Below, in pieces: positions 19,563 through 29,400 of a DNA stretch of 64,000 bases. How positions within the stretch are numbered: position 1 is the stretch's first letter; each line of letters begins with the position of its first letter. The notes below the pieces were generated by a model. It was given only the letters and a program-made list of their open reading frames with translations. It was not told where the DNA came from and did no database searches. Source of the stretch: Patescibacteria group bacterium (GTDB lineage Bacteria > Patescibacteriota > Minisyncoccia > Phycocordibacterales > Phycocordibacteraceae); assembly GCA_024653825.1 (NCBI GenBank), contig JANLHF010000039.1, forward strand, positions 6,945-70,944. The letters run 5' to 3'. Both the position numbers and the translations under genes were made by a program.

Positions 19563-20096
19563 TCAAACGGCCGGGATCATCATCCCGCCCTGGTAAGAAT
19601 GCCAGCCCAGGACTTCTCCGGGTGCTCCCGAGAGTCCCTGCCCTTTTCTCTGGATCTTTTCGTATCCCCTGAAGAAATTCGAGCCCTGGAAGTCGGTACG
19701 GAATGCGGGCTCGACGTCGTTGTGGTAGACGAGGCCTTCGTGAACAAACCCGTCCTGTCCGCGGCCGCCGAAGAATTTCTTCTCGGCGTGAGCGGCACTG
19801 AGCGCCGCCTTGAGGCAGGGAAGGGCTTCCTCCTGGCAGTGGCCGAAGCATTGTAGCGTCCATATCGGTACGTCTTCGTGGGCCATCAGCAACATGCCGA
19901 TGCCACGCGGTCCGAGAGGAGTGAGGATAGAACCGCCCTCGACTGTCCAGGGTCCTTCGGCGAAGTAAGTCCGCGGCATGCCGGCGATGTCGGAATAATC
20001 CGTGTAATCGGGCCCCATCGCTTTGAAGAACATCTCCTCCATTTTGGCGAGGCAGGCAGGCGTCTTTACAAACTCCCCAAGCTCCTCAGTATTCAT
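19563..20096 (-). CDS. DUF5680-like protein
   Basis: LKAAL...FFGGRG...YHN...FRGYEKI...YQGG pattern; AAGGAG SD. Confidence 0.55.
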   Translation of the reverse strand: MNTEELGEFVKTPACLAKMEEMFFKAMGPDYTDYSDIAGMPRTYFAEGPWTVEGGSILTPLGPRGIGMLLMAHEDVPIWTLQCFGHCQEEALPCLKAALSAAHAEKKFFGGRGQDGFVHEGLVYHNDVEPAFRTDFQGSNFFRGYEKIQRKGQGLSGAPGEVLGWHSYQGGMMIPAV

Positions 20097-20190
20097 TCAC
20101 AGCTCCTTTAGCGCAGTTGTAAGAACTTCGTTGCAGACTTCATTTATACACGATTTATTTGCATCGTCAAATGCCTGCTATACTGCCCAC

Positions 20191-21051
20191 ATGAAGCAGA
20201 AAAGGGCAGTGAGGAACCACGGGAAGAAAAAAAGAGTACCGATTAAGCACTGGAGCCATTCCAGCCTAATGTCCTTCCTAAGGAATCCGCTTGCTTGGTA
20301 CAAGCGCTATGTGGAGGAGATATACGATACGCCGACGACGCCGGCGGCGGTTATCGGCAGCGCGGGGCACCTCGCGCTGGAGCACTATTATTCGGGTGCG
20401 CCCAAGGATATCGCGATACAAAAAGGGTTGGAATACGTGCGCAGTATTGGCGACTTTGAAATTAATTTTGGTCAAGCGAAAAGCAAAGCGGCGCGGCGCG
20501 CGAAGCGCGCCGCGATGGAGGCCGACTATCTACGCGCCATCGGGTATTACCTCGCGCGTCCGCCGAAGCACAAAGTGCTCGGCGTGGAGGTACGGGGTGT
20601 GGTTGAGGTTGAAGGGCTGCCAATCCCCATCAAGGCGATTTCAGACTTGGTGGTGGAATCAAAAGTGGAGAAAGGAGCGGTGGACATTGTGGACCATAAA
20701 TTCGTCGCTTCTTTCAGCAAGGGAGGCGCGGCGAAATCGCTCTTCGTGATTCAGGCACTTTTTAATTACTACACCGTACGGGAGATGTTCGGGAAGCCGG
20801 TCCGGCGCTTTATCGTGTATGAGTGTAAGAAAACAAAGAACGCCGACGGATCCCCGCAGATGCGACGATACGAAATCGATTTCCAGAAGCACGCTCAAGA
20901 TTTCAAAGTCTTCCATCGGCTCATCAACGATGCGACCGAGGAGATTTCGCGCCGGCGCGTGTATCTACCAAACCCCTCCGATATGTTTGAAGGCGACAGT
21001 TCTTTTGATATTTATCGGTTGGAATTAGTTTCCGAGGGCCTGGTCGATTAA
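20191..21051 (+). CDS. PD-(D/E)XK nuclease family protein (RecB/AddB-like)
   Basis: WSHSSL..F...P, GSAGHLALE, E...DLV...IVDHK, Q...Y; start placed at MKQK after a TATACT box. Confidence 0.8.
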   Translation: MKQKRAVRNHGKKKRVPIKHWSHSSLMSFLRNPLAWYKRYVEEIYDTPTTPAAVIGSAGHLALEHYYSGAPKDIAIQKGLEYVRSIGDFEINFGQAKSKAARRAKRAAMEADYLRAIGYYLARPPKHKVLGVEVRGVVEVEGLPIPIKAISDLVVESKVEKGAVDIVDHKFVASFSKGGAAKSLFVIQALFNYYTVREMFGKPVRRFIVYECKKTKNADGSPQMRRYEIDFQKHAQDFKVFHRLINDATEEISRRRVYLPNPSDMFEGDSSFDIYRLELVSEGLVD

Positions 21052-21696
21052 CTGCTTCACCGCGTCGTAGGAGTATGATCCTTTCATCAAGACTGGGGGC
21101 TTCCCGGTGACGAGAATGAGAGAATACGGTGTGCCGAGCGCACCCATATCAAGTGCGTTCTGTCGGTCATCCATGATGCGTGTGTTGAGTGCCAGAGAGG
21201 CATTTGCATAACACGTTGCGAAAGCGTCTCCCGAGATGCCGACCGTTCTTGCGTATTCTCCGTAGCGCACAGGATCGGCCGGCTGGTTCTTAAAGAGGGT
21301 GTCTGCGAATTTCCAAAAACCATCGTTGCCGGCGACCTGTGCGGCACACTCGGCGGCGCGCGCGTGGGAGAGGGCATTCGGATGAATTTCAGAAAGTGGG
21401 AACTCGCGGAGGACCCAGGCGACCTGGCCATTCACTCCCGCGTTCGCGATGACCTGATGCAGTGTTTCGTGGAAGTCTTTGCAATATTCACAGTCGAAGT
21501 CAGAGTATTCCACAATCATCACCTTAGCGGTCGGATTTCCGAGAATGTGATCATCAGCGCCGACGGGCCGCACCAGGGCCGGATTGTCGGAACCGGTATC
21601 GGTTGAAGGATCTTTCGGCATCGAAAAATAAACCGCCCCCGCGACGATGACGCCGCCGACGATAATTGCGATGGGGACGGTGAGAGAGGTTTTCAT
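21025..21696 (-). CDS. DsbA-family thiol-disulfide oxidoreductase
   Basis: N-terminal TM anchor, EYSDFDCEYC, GTP cis-Pro loop. Confidence 0.9.
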   Translation of the reverse strand: MKTSLTVPIAIIVGGVIVAGAVYFSMPKDPSTDTGSDNPALVRPVGADDHILGNPTAKVMIVEYSDFDCEYCKDFHETLHQVIANAGVNGQVAWVLREFPLSEIHPNALSHARAAECAAQVAGNDGFWKFADTLFKNQPADPVRYGEYARTVGISGDAFATCYANASLALNTRIMDDRQNALDMGALGTPYSLILVTGKPPVLMKGSYSYDAVKQLIDQALGN

Positions 21697-22274
21697 AATG
21701 GCAGCGCGTGAGTCATCGAGGGGATAAGATGCGCATCGCTCTCCCAGAGGGACGTGTCGATCTTAATATCACGGATGTCGCGCAGGTCTTTGTATTTCAG
21801 TATACCGTGCTTGAGCGCGTAGTCGTAGAGTTCGCGCGTAAGGCGCACGTCCTCGATGCAGTATTCGGCAACCTTTTCTCGCTTGCCTTCCTTCCACCAT
21901 TCGCCGGCCTTGAGCCCATCGCCTTTTTTCCCTTTCCCGAGCGTCGCTTCGGCGAGCGACTGGAGGCGGATGCGCCGGCCGAGCACCTTCTGTACTTCGC
22001 TTAAGAGGTCCAGAGAGCGCAGACGGGAGAGATCTCCCGGGTAATAACGATTAAGAAGAGGGATATCAAAGGAGTCGGAATTAAAACCGATGAGCATATC
22101 CGTACGTTCGAGTATCGACCACAGCCTCGGTAGATCCTCTTTAAAATAGGAGGAGTAAGCGCCCGTCTCCGAATCGTGGATGGCGACGACAGTGAGTTCC
22201 TGCTCATCTACGTCCACACGACCACGCACGAGAGAATCGGATATGGATTCAATATCAAACGTGATGGCGCGCAT
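21693..22274 (-). CDS. RNase H-like (YprB-type) 3'-5' exonuclease domain protein
   Basis: FDIES, GFNSDSFDIP, YCIEDV. Confidence 0.85.
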   Translation of the reverse strand: MRAITFDIESISDSLVRGRVDVDEQELTVVAIHDSETGAYSSYFKEDLPRLWSILERTDMLIGFNSDSFDIPLLNRYYPGDLSRLRSLDLLSEVQKVLGRRIRLQSLAEATLGKGKKGDGLKAGEWWKEGKREKVAEYCIEDVRLTRELYDYALKHGILKYKDLRDIRDIKIDTSLWESDAHLIPSMTHALPL

Positions 22275-22277
22275 AAT

Positions 22278-23546
22278 CTATGAACCGGCGCGTACGCGCG
22301 CCGGTAGTTCCGAGACGGGCAGTCCGGCTTCTTCGCCGGTCGCGAGGATTTTCATGCGGACGGTGCCTTTTGCGACCTCGTCCGCGCCATAGGCGATGAA
22401 GAGGGGAATATCGCGCTTCACCGCGTCTTTGATCTGGTCGCCGAGTCCGCGAGTCGTGAGATTGACGAACACGCGCGATCCTTGCGCGCGGAGCGTATCG
22501 GCGAATGCTTGAGCAGCAGGGATGTCTCCCTCGGTCGGCGTGCCGAGATAGAGCTGTGGTTTCCCCTCGTTCCCGCTCGGAGCGAGTTGATGTGTTTCGA
22601 GAAAGTCGGCAAACGAGACATCCCCCATACCAAAGCCAATCGCAGGGACTGGGTCACCACCGAAGAGTGCCATTAATCCGTCATATCGCCCGCCGCCGAA
22701 GAGTGCGCGAGGGTTCGCGGGGTCGGTGTCGTACACCTCGAAGACTGTGCCGGTGTAATAGTCGAAGCCACGCGTGATGCCCACATCAAATACGATATTT
22801 TCGACGCCGCGCATTTTGAGTGTTTCGATGCGATCGAGGAGTTTCCGTTTCTCAAGAGCGACCTCTGGAGCTTCACTTGAATGTTCGATGAGCGAGAGAG
22901 GGTCCTTCGCAGCGATAGTTGCTGAGGCCGCGGCGAATGCTTCCGGGGCCATCTTCGCTTTTTTATCAAGAAGCCGAAGGTATTGACGGACCTGTTCGCC
23001 CTTGAGTCCGGCCGCTTCGCACGCAGCGTTTAGAAGGGCGCGTGAATTCATACGGATGACAAAGTCGCTCTCGGTGGCGCCAAACGCTTTTACTATCGCC
23101 GAGATGATTTGGATTGTTTCTATATCTGCTTCTCCCTCCGGAAGGCCGACAAGATCGACGTCAAGCTGATAGAACTCGCGCAGGCGACCCTTCTGCGGGC
23201 GTTCATAGCGGAAGCGGTTGCCGATAGAGAACCAGCGGAGCGGGAAGGCGAGCTCGCGGCGCTTATTCGCCACCATGCGTGCGAGGGTCGGAGTCATCTC
23301 CGGCCGGAGTGTTACGCGACGGTCTCCGCGGTCGGTGAAGGTGTAGGTTTGTTCGTTTACGATCTCTTCTGACGTTTTTGCCTCATATAATTCAGCGCGC
23401 TCCAAGGGGGAAGCGTTGTATTCTTCATAACCCCACTCCCGAAGCGTCTGTCGGATGCGCGCGAACATCACCTCCATCCTTACCCAGTCGGCAGGATAGA
23501 AGTCGCGAACGCCCTTATAGGATTCGGTTGAAAGCGTTTCAGACAT
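22278..23546 (-). CDS. hisS: Histidine--tRNA ligase
   Basis: LRPEMT, FRYERPQKGRLREFYQ, RGFDYYTG, GGGRYD. Confidence 0.97.
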   Translation of the reverse strand: MSETLSTESYKGVRDFYPADWVRMEVMFARIRQTLREWGYEEYNASPLERAELYEAKTSEEIVNEQTYTFTDRGDRRVTLRPEMTPTLARMVANKRRELAFPLRWFSIGNRFRYERPQKGRLREFYQLDVDLVGLPEGEADIETIQIISAIVKAFGATESDFVIRMNSRALLNAACEAAGLKGEQVRQYLRLLDKKAKMAPEAFAAASATIAAKDPLSLIEHSSEAPEVALEKRKLLDRIETLKMRGVENIVFDVGITRGFDYYTGTVFEVYDTDPANPRALFGGGRYDGLMALFGGDPVPAIGFGMGDVSFADFLETHQLAPSGNEGKPQLYLGTPTEGDIPAAQAFADTLRAQGSRVFVNLTTRGLGDQIKDAVKRDIPLFIAYGADEVAKGTVRMKILATGEEAGLPVSELPARVRAGS

Positions 23547-23623
23547 AGAACGATTTTACCACGAGCAGCTTTTGAGTTATACTCGCCACCGGAATCGTCC
23601 ACCAACTCTTGGAGAGAGTCAAT

Positions 23624-23803
23624 ATGGAGCCGATATACAAACCGCCGTCTCCGCCAGCGAGAGTGGCAAGAAGATCCTTCAAACTCTGTAGCGAATGCTT
23701 CGCTTCGCTCGTTAAGATCAACAAGGGACATCCGCTGACGTGTTCGGTATCCTGTGAGCGTCAACGCCAGCGAAGGGAAAACGAGGATTTACTACGCACC
23801 TAA
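23624..23803 (+). CDS. Small putative Zn-binding protein (CxxC...CxxxC), 59 aa
   Basis: GGAG SD; CSECF...TCSVSC. Confidence 0.55.
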   Translation: MEPIYKPPSPPARVARRSFKLCSECFASLVKINKGHPLTCSVSCERQRQRRENEDLLRT

Positions 23804-23840
23804 CACGCTTGACAAACATTCTGTTGGGTACAATTATAGT

Positions 23841-24045
23841 ACTTGGGTAACCAAGAAGGAGAATGTGATGGATCCGCCGTTGATGAACTCTCTGCTGTTC
23901 CAGTCCCGGTCGTGCCTTGGGAGGCGCGCACACCAACCCCTTGGAGACGTCGGAAGGAGGTGATCCAGTCGCGGCGGGGCTAAACCCCCTGCCAACCTTG
24001 TTTCAGCAACACAGAGGAGGGACATTGTTCCCTCCTTTTACTTTT
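23841..24045 (+). ncRNA. Candidate small RNA or short-ORF transcript with a 16S-3'-end-complementary tract
   Basis: Promoter-like boxes at 23809-23840, AAGGAGGTGATCCAGTCGCG at 23954-23973, terminator at 24015-24045. Confidence 0.45.
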
Positions 24046-24584
24046 CAGAGCCCGTCGTTCTTCGATGGCTCTTCAGAAACGTATTTTAATATGAGGTCGC
24101 GCATTTGTTCCGGATGGGGAATGCCGCGCATAGTAAACTCAATTTCGGCGCCGGCGCTCTGGACCTTGATATTGCCGAGATTAAGAAGCGAAGAAACAAT
24201 CCCCGTCACATTGGTGGTCACGTCCTGCACGCGCGGTAAAAGGAGGCTTGATACTTCGCGAACGAAGAAACGGCGCTGTTTGATAGTCGCGATGCGCTGA
24301 TTGGTGAGGATCCATGCGTTGAGGAAATAGCGAGTGAAGGCGCCCCATGCGCTTGTCCAGGTGACGAGGAGCCACACGCCGAGCCCCGCGCGCCCGAGGA
24401 CCGTATGGTAGTCAAAGAGACTCGCGTACTTCGCAAGAGGCGGCACGAGTACCAAGAGTTTTGGGAGTGCGAAGGGGATAACCGCAAGGATAGCGAAGGG
24501 CAAGAGCTCTCCGAGGAAGAGGAACCAATGCTTACGTACCGTCTTCACAATATGTTCACCCGGACTTAGTTCAAATTCTTTCAT
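24045..24584 (-). CDS. Membrane protein with bacterial PH domain
   Basis: RKHW, 2 TM, LTNQRI...RVQDV...GNIKVQSAG. Confidence 0.85.
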   Translation of the reverse strand: MKEFELSPGEHIVKTVRKHWFLFLGELLPFAILAVIPFALPKLLVLVPPLAKYASLFDYHTVLGRAGLGVWLLVTWTSAWGAFTRYFLNAWILTNQRIATIKQRRFFVREVSSLLLPRVQDVTTNVTGIVSSLLNLGNIKVQSAGAEIEFTMRGIPHPEQMRDLILKYVSEEPSKNDGL

Positions 24585-24589
24585 ATAAT

Positions 24590-24877
24590 TTATGGCAGAT
24601 AGGAAGTGAAAAAGAAGGAGCTACCGGAGAGGGTATAAGAAATAAGCACGAACGATATGAGAAGGTGCACGGCCATCGCGGGGAAGGCGATCCACGACGC
24701 ATGAGAATATTTAAGCCAGTGATAGATAGCGACGAGCGTATAAATCGCCCAGAAGATGAAGACGGCGTAGAGCACCCACTCGACAGCAACGCCTAAGGAG
24801 CCCTTGAACTGGAACGGTAACCAATAATCAGAAACGAAATCAGGCGGAGAAAACGGCTGAAGCGGCTGGTCGAGCAT
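24590..24877 (-). CDS. Hypothetical 2-TM membrane protein
   Basis: Hydrophobic segments, YHW motif; translationally coupled to prmC. Confidence 0.7.
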   Translation of the reverse strand: MLDQPLQPFSPPDFVSDYWLPFQFKGSLGVAVEWVLYAVFIFWAIYTLVAIYHWLKYSHASWIAFPAMAVHLLISFVLISYTLSGSSFFFTSYLP

Positions 24878-25671
24878 TACGTATAGGATACAACAATCAC
24901 ACGGGGCTTGCTGTACTGGTCAGTGCGTATCTCGGCCGTGAGGCCCTGTTCCACAAAAAGCGCGGCCGCAGCGGCCGCGTGTCCGCGGTCGCACTCGATC
25001 CACGCGACTCCGCCTTTGGCGAGATGCCTTGGGAGCGCGAGCGCGATGCGGCGGATATAATCGAGTCCGTCATCTCCGGCCATGAGTGCGAGAGAGGGTT
25101 CGTAGTCGGCGACGCTCGGCGGAAGCACATGGCTAGTGGGGACGTAGGGCGGGTTCGTAGCGATGACATCAAATTTCATATCCTCAAATGGTTCAAGGAG
25201 GTCGCCGATGCAAATGTGTGCGTGGCTCTCGTCCAGATTATTTTCTTGAATGTTTTTTAAAATAGTCGCCTTGTGTGCGGGATCGATCTCGCCGAAATAG
25301 ACTTGTGCATTGGGAATCTTCGCGAGCGCCGCACACCCGATGGCGCCGCTCCCTGCACATAAATCAAGGAATTTCAGTTGCTCGCCGGCAGGCCCAAAAG
25401 TGGGCGCGCTCCGGGCCGCTAGGCCAAGTCTTACCCCCACTTTTGGGCCTGCCGGTTCGCTTTTCAACAATTGCTCGGTCCACCACTCAGTCTCGGGGCG
25501 GGGGATGAGTGGCTTGGAATCTAGATAGATTTTCAGACCCAGAAAGGGTTGCCAGCCGATGACGTAGGCCAGCGGCTCGCCTCCGGCGAGCCGCTTCCTA
25601 TCTTCTTCAAAATGGGGGGTTCGTACCCCATCATATTTTTCTTCCAGAAGATGTTGTTCGTCTTTAGTCAT
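24877..25671 (-). CDS. prmC: Release-factor glutamine methyltransferase
   Basis: GEPLAYVIG, LIPRPETE, DLCAGSG, NPPY. Confidence 0.93.
   Translation of the reverse strand: MTKDEQHLLEEKYDGVRTPHFEEDRKRLAGGEPLAYVIGWQPFLGLKIYLDSKPLIPRPETEWWTEQLLKSEPAGPKVGVRLGLAARSAPTFGPAGEQLKFLDLCAGSGAIGCAALAKIPNAQVYFGEIDPAHKATILKNIQENNLDESHAHICIGDLLEPFEDMKFDVIATNPPYVPTSHVLPPSVADYEPSLALMAGDDGLDYIRRIALALPRHLAKGGVAWIECDRGHAAAAAALFVEQGLTAEIRTDQYSKPRVIVVSYT
25385..25455. repeat. 71-bp stem-loop element inside prmC
   Basis: Perfect 20-bp inverted arms; loop 28/30 identical to 63437-63466. Confidence 0.85.
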
Positions 25672-25742
25672 AATATAAAGAACGGTACCATATATAACAA
25701 AACGCCCCGAGAGGGGCGTTTTGTGCTGTGTAGCGTGGCTGA

Positions 25743-26117
25743 TTAATAGCCACCACGGCCATAACCGCCTTGGCCACCGTAGCCACCGCGATCACCACCG
25801 CCGAAACCGCCACCTCCGCCTTCACGGCGAGGAGGGCGATCACCCTGCGGGCGAGCAAAAGAAACGGAGAGCGTGCGCCCGTCCATCTCCTTGCCGTCCC
25901 ACTTGTCGATAGCCGCCTGAGCTTCCGCCTCGGTTGCCATCTCGACGAAGCCGAACCCGCGTGAGCGACCCGTCATACGATCAGAAATAATGCTCGCAGA
26001 AACGACATTGCCGGCCTCACCGAAGGCCTTCTTAAGATCGTCTTCTGTCGAGCGATAGGGGATACCACCCACGTAGAGCTTGTTTCCCTGAACTGAATCT
26101 GCTGATGCTGTGTCCAT
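25743..26117 (-). CDS. RRM RNA-binding protein with Gly-rich tail
   Basis: KLYVGG (RNP2), RGFGFVEM (RNP1). Confidence 0.95.
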   Translation of the reverse strand: MDTASADSVQGNKLYVGGIPYRSTEDDLKKAFGEAGNVVSASIISDRMTGRSRGFGFVEMATEAEAQAAIDKWDGKEMDGRTLSVSFARPQGDRPPRREGGGGGFGGGDRGGYGGQGGYGRGGY

Positions 26118-26409
26118 GTATTGGATTTAACTAAGTAACCTCGCCGAAACTGAACACTTGCGGTCTTACGACCGAGCGAAGCTCGAATACTCTGCGAGTT
26201 GCAGAAAGTATGCCAGAAATACTCATCAAACGCAAGGAGGTGTGGATAATCTCCCTTGCATTGACAGAAAAACGTGGGGGTGTACATTCGCGTTAGGAGG
26301 AGGTGCGAAATCAGCAGGCGACGGGCATGCCGCTTTCAAAGTGATTTTTTATACAGATTTTGCTTCATTTCTCCATTATTACAGGGCGGTTTCTTAAAAC
26401 ATACCATCT

Positions 26410-29400
26410 ATGAAAACGGCTTTGCGCGTTTCTTTGCCTGTATTTTTATCCATTCTCGCCTTCGGAGCCTCTGCTCCTCTCGCGTTTGCGGCAAACGAAC
26501 ATGTTGTGAATCTACAGATAGCTACCGTTCCGACACCGGATGCTGGGACCTCTGTAGCAGTTGACACGCCAATGGCTCTTGCGGTTCAGGCCTTTGACAG
26601 CGAAGGCGCTGCAACTAGCACAGATGGCACACTGGTGGTTGCTTTAACTGATGGGAACAACAACGGCGTGTTTACCACCGGTTCGACCGAAGGAGTCTGT
26701 AATGTAGATGTTTGGAACAACGCGACCAACGGGATAGTCACAAGTAAAACTCGAAAAGGCTTCTGCTACAAAAACTCCACCCCGGGCGCATATACGCTAA
26801 CCGCCACTGCGGGAGCACTCAGCACGACGTTTAACGTGACCGTTACCGGCGCAACAATCGTTGGTGGCAATACCTACCCCACAATTCAGGCGGCGATTAA
26901 CGCCGCTTCAACTACGGCACCAGACACAATTAACGTCGTGGCGGGGACGTATAACGAAAATCTAAATATAGATAGACCAGTAACACTCCAATCCGTTTCT
27001 GGTGCCGGTGCTACGACTATCTCAGGCGCAACAGGTATTGTGGTCACCATAAGCTCCAGTGATGTAACCGTGACTGGATTCACCATTACTAATGGAGGTG
27101 TACATGGTATAGGTATCTATTCTGCGGACAAAAGCAATCTGACAATCACGGACAACATCATTACAGGGATAGGTAATAGCAGTGCTGACGTGATGGGAAG
27201 AGGAGTTGTCATTGTCTCTTCGGCAAGTTCAATAGACGGCATAACTATCTCCAATAACCAGATAAACAACATCACTTCCGGCATGCGCACCGGTTCTGCC
27301 AGTGTCAGTGCATCCGGCGTCTCCGTCGGGTGGAGCACGGGAACGGAAGATATTACGAACCTTGTACTGGACGGGAATACCATATCCAACATTAGCGCGG
27401 ACACAAGTCCGTGGAACAGTCCAGGAACAAAAGGTCAGGGCGCTAACGGTATCATCATCAACCACGCCAGTGGCAAAAGTGGTAATACCGGTCGCACGGT
27501 TGCTCCTCAGATTACAAACAACAGCATCAGCAATCTAAGTGGGCTCTGGTCACACGCTATCGGTCTTGAAGGCAATACACCCGATACAGTCTTGAGCAAC
27601 AACACCATCAGCAACCTCTCCAGCACGAAAACACCGAGCGATGCCTTCGCAATCTTCTTTGAAGACAATGCGGGCAAGACCACGGTCTCAATTGACGGCG
27701 TTACTTACGACGCAACCACGACCGTTGCCGTTAATGCCGCATGGAACGGTTTGGGAGGTAATCCGCTCGTGTCGCTTAATGGCGAGTCGTACATCTTTGA
27801 TGTAAATGCATTCTCTACCATTCAAGAAGGCATTAATGCGGTCGCAGTAGGAGGTACGGTAAATGTTGTGGCAGGAACGTATGCCACGACAGGACAGGTT
27901 CTTATCGATAAGAATCTGAACATTGTTGGTGATGCTGCAAACAAGCCGACGATTAGTCCGGCGGCTGATTTCACTGCGACCAATAACGTCGCCGGGGCGT
28001 GGTTCTTGGTCAATGCGGGCGCGACATTCAACTTGAGCAACGTCGTTCTTGATGGCAATGGCAAGAAGTTACAGCAAGGTGTTCGATCACACGGCACGAC
28101 GTCAATTACTAACGTCGATTTCGCTAACATCATCAACAGCACGAGTCCGTATGTCGGGTTTGCAATCGCAAACTTTGGGGGAATGGTTCCCGGTGGAGCT
28201 GGGTCAGATACTCACAGCGCTGGCGGTGCGGCCAGTACGCTAACGGTGACGAACAGCACGTTTACTAACATCGGGCGCGTAGGAGTATTGACCAAGGGCA
28301 CTGGTTCGACCGTTACACTTACCGGGAATACCTACACAGGGAAAGGTGACGGCACATTCCTCGATTATGCTTTTGAGTTTGGTGCCGGAGGGTCTGGTAC
28401 TGCTAGTGGCAACACTATTAGCGACAACCGCGGTGTTGCTAGTGACACCTCAACCTCAGCCGGGATCTTGGTAACTGATTATTACGGAACAGGAACTTCA
28501 GCAACTATTGAGAACAACACGATAACCAACAATACAGATGGCATCGCGATTGGTTATGATGAGGCGGATAACAGCGTTGTCGTTGTTCATAGCAATGCAT
28601 TCGGCGGTAATGTGAATGCGATAAACACCACCCACCCGACTGTGAATGCCATCAACAACTGGTGGGGCAACTCGTCCGGTCCGACCGTTGCGTCTAATCC
28701 AACTGGAACGGGAGACACAATCGTTGAAGCAACACCAGGTACGGTCTCGTTCTTCCCGTGGTACATCAATCCGGGTATGACGATCCTCTCCGATGCAGTC
28801 AGTGACACTGGTGCGATAGATTCCTCCACGGACAACTTCGATGTGGCGGGTACGAATTCTGGGACGGCTGATATTCCGTCTGGAGTTACGAACATCACGC
28901 TAGGAGATAACACCGCACTCGACCTTTCAACCGGATTGAGCGGGGATACGGTTACGCTAAATTCCGGCACCACCGGCGAACCAGTTGTGTTGGCTAACTC
29001 AAACTCGAATGTCGCTGGTATCAGCGCAAGTATTCCTGACGGGACGACAATTACTGGTCCATCGGGATGGGACGGCAAAATAGCGCCTCCGGTCTCTGAT
29101 ACATCGGGCGGGGGAAGCACTCCGGCCGGGTTTAGTGTCGGCGGTACGGTTATCTCAATCGGTTCATCTGCCGGAACACTGACCTTCGATAAGGCGGTGA
29201 AAATTGTCCTGGCTGGTGTTACTGGGACAGTTGCTTACAAACCGGCCCTTTCTAACGACTGGACAACCATAACAACTCAATGTGCCGGTGCGGATGATCC
29301 AAGCAATATTTCTTCGGGCGAGTGTTACTTCACCGATGGGGCGAACACGAATATCTGGACTTATCACTTCACCGAGTTCGGCGGGATGACGCCGACGGCA

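Noticed and set aside
18795-21051. CRISPR-Cas locus (Cas2-like gene, Cas4-like nuclease, 38-bp repeats)
   Set aside because: Only two repeats separated by a whole gene, no cas1 or effector genes, and the nuclease lacks Cas4 Fe-S cysteines
23954-23973. 16S rRNA gene
   Set aside because: Similarity is limited to 20 nt; flanks do not resemble helix 44/45 or ITS
26241-26249. Replication origin
   Set aside because: Single perfect DnaA box, no cluster, no dnaA/dnaN nearby
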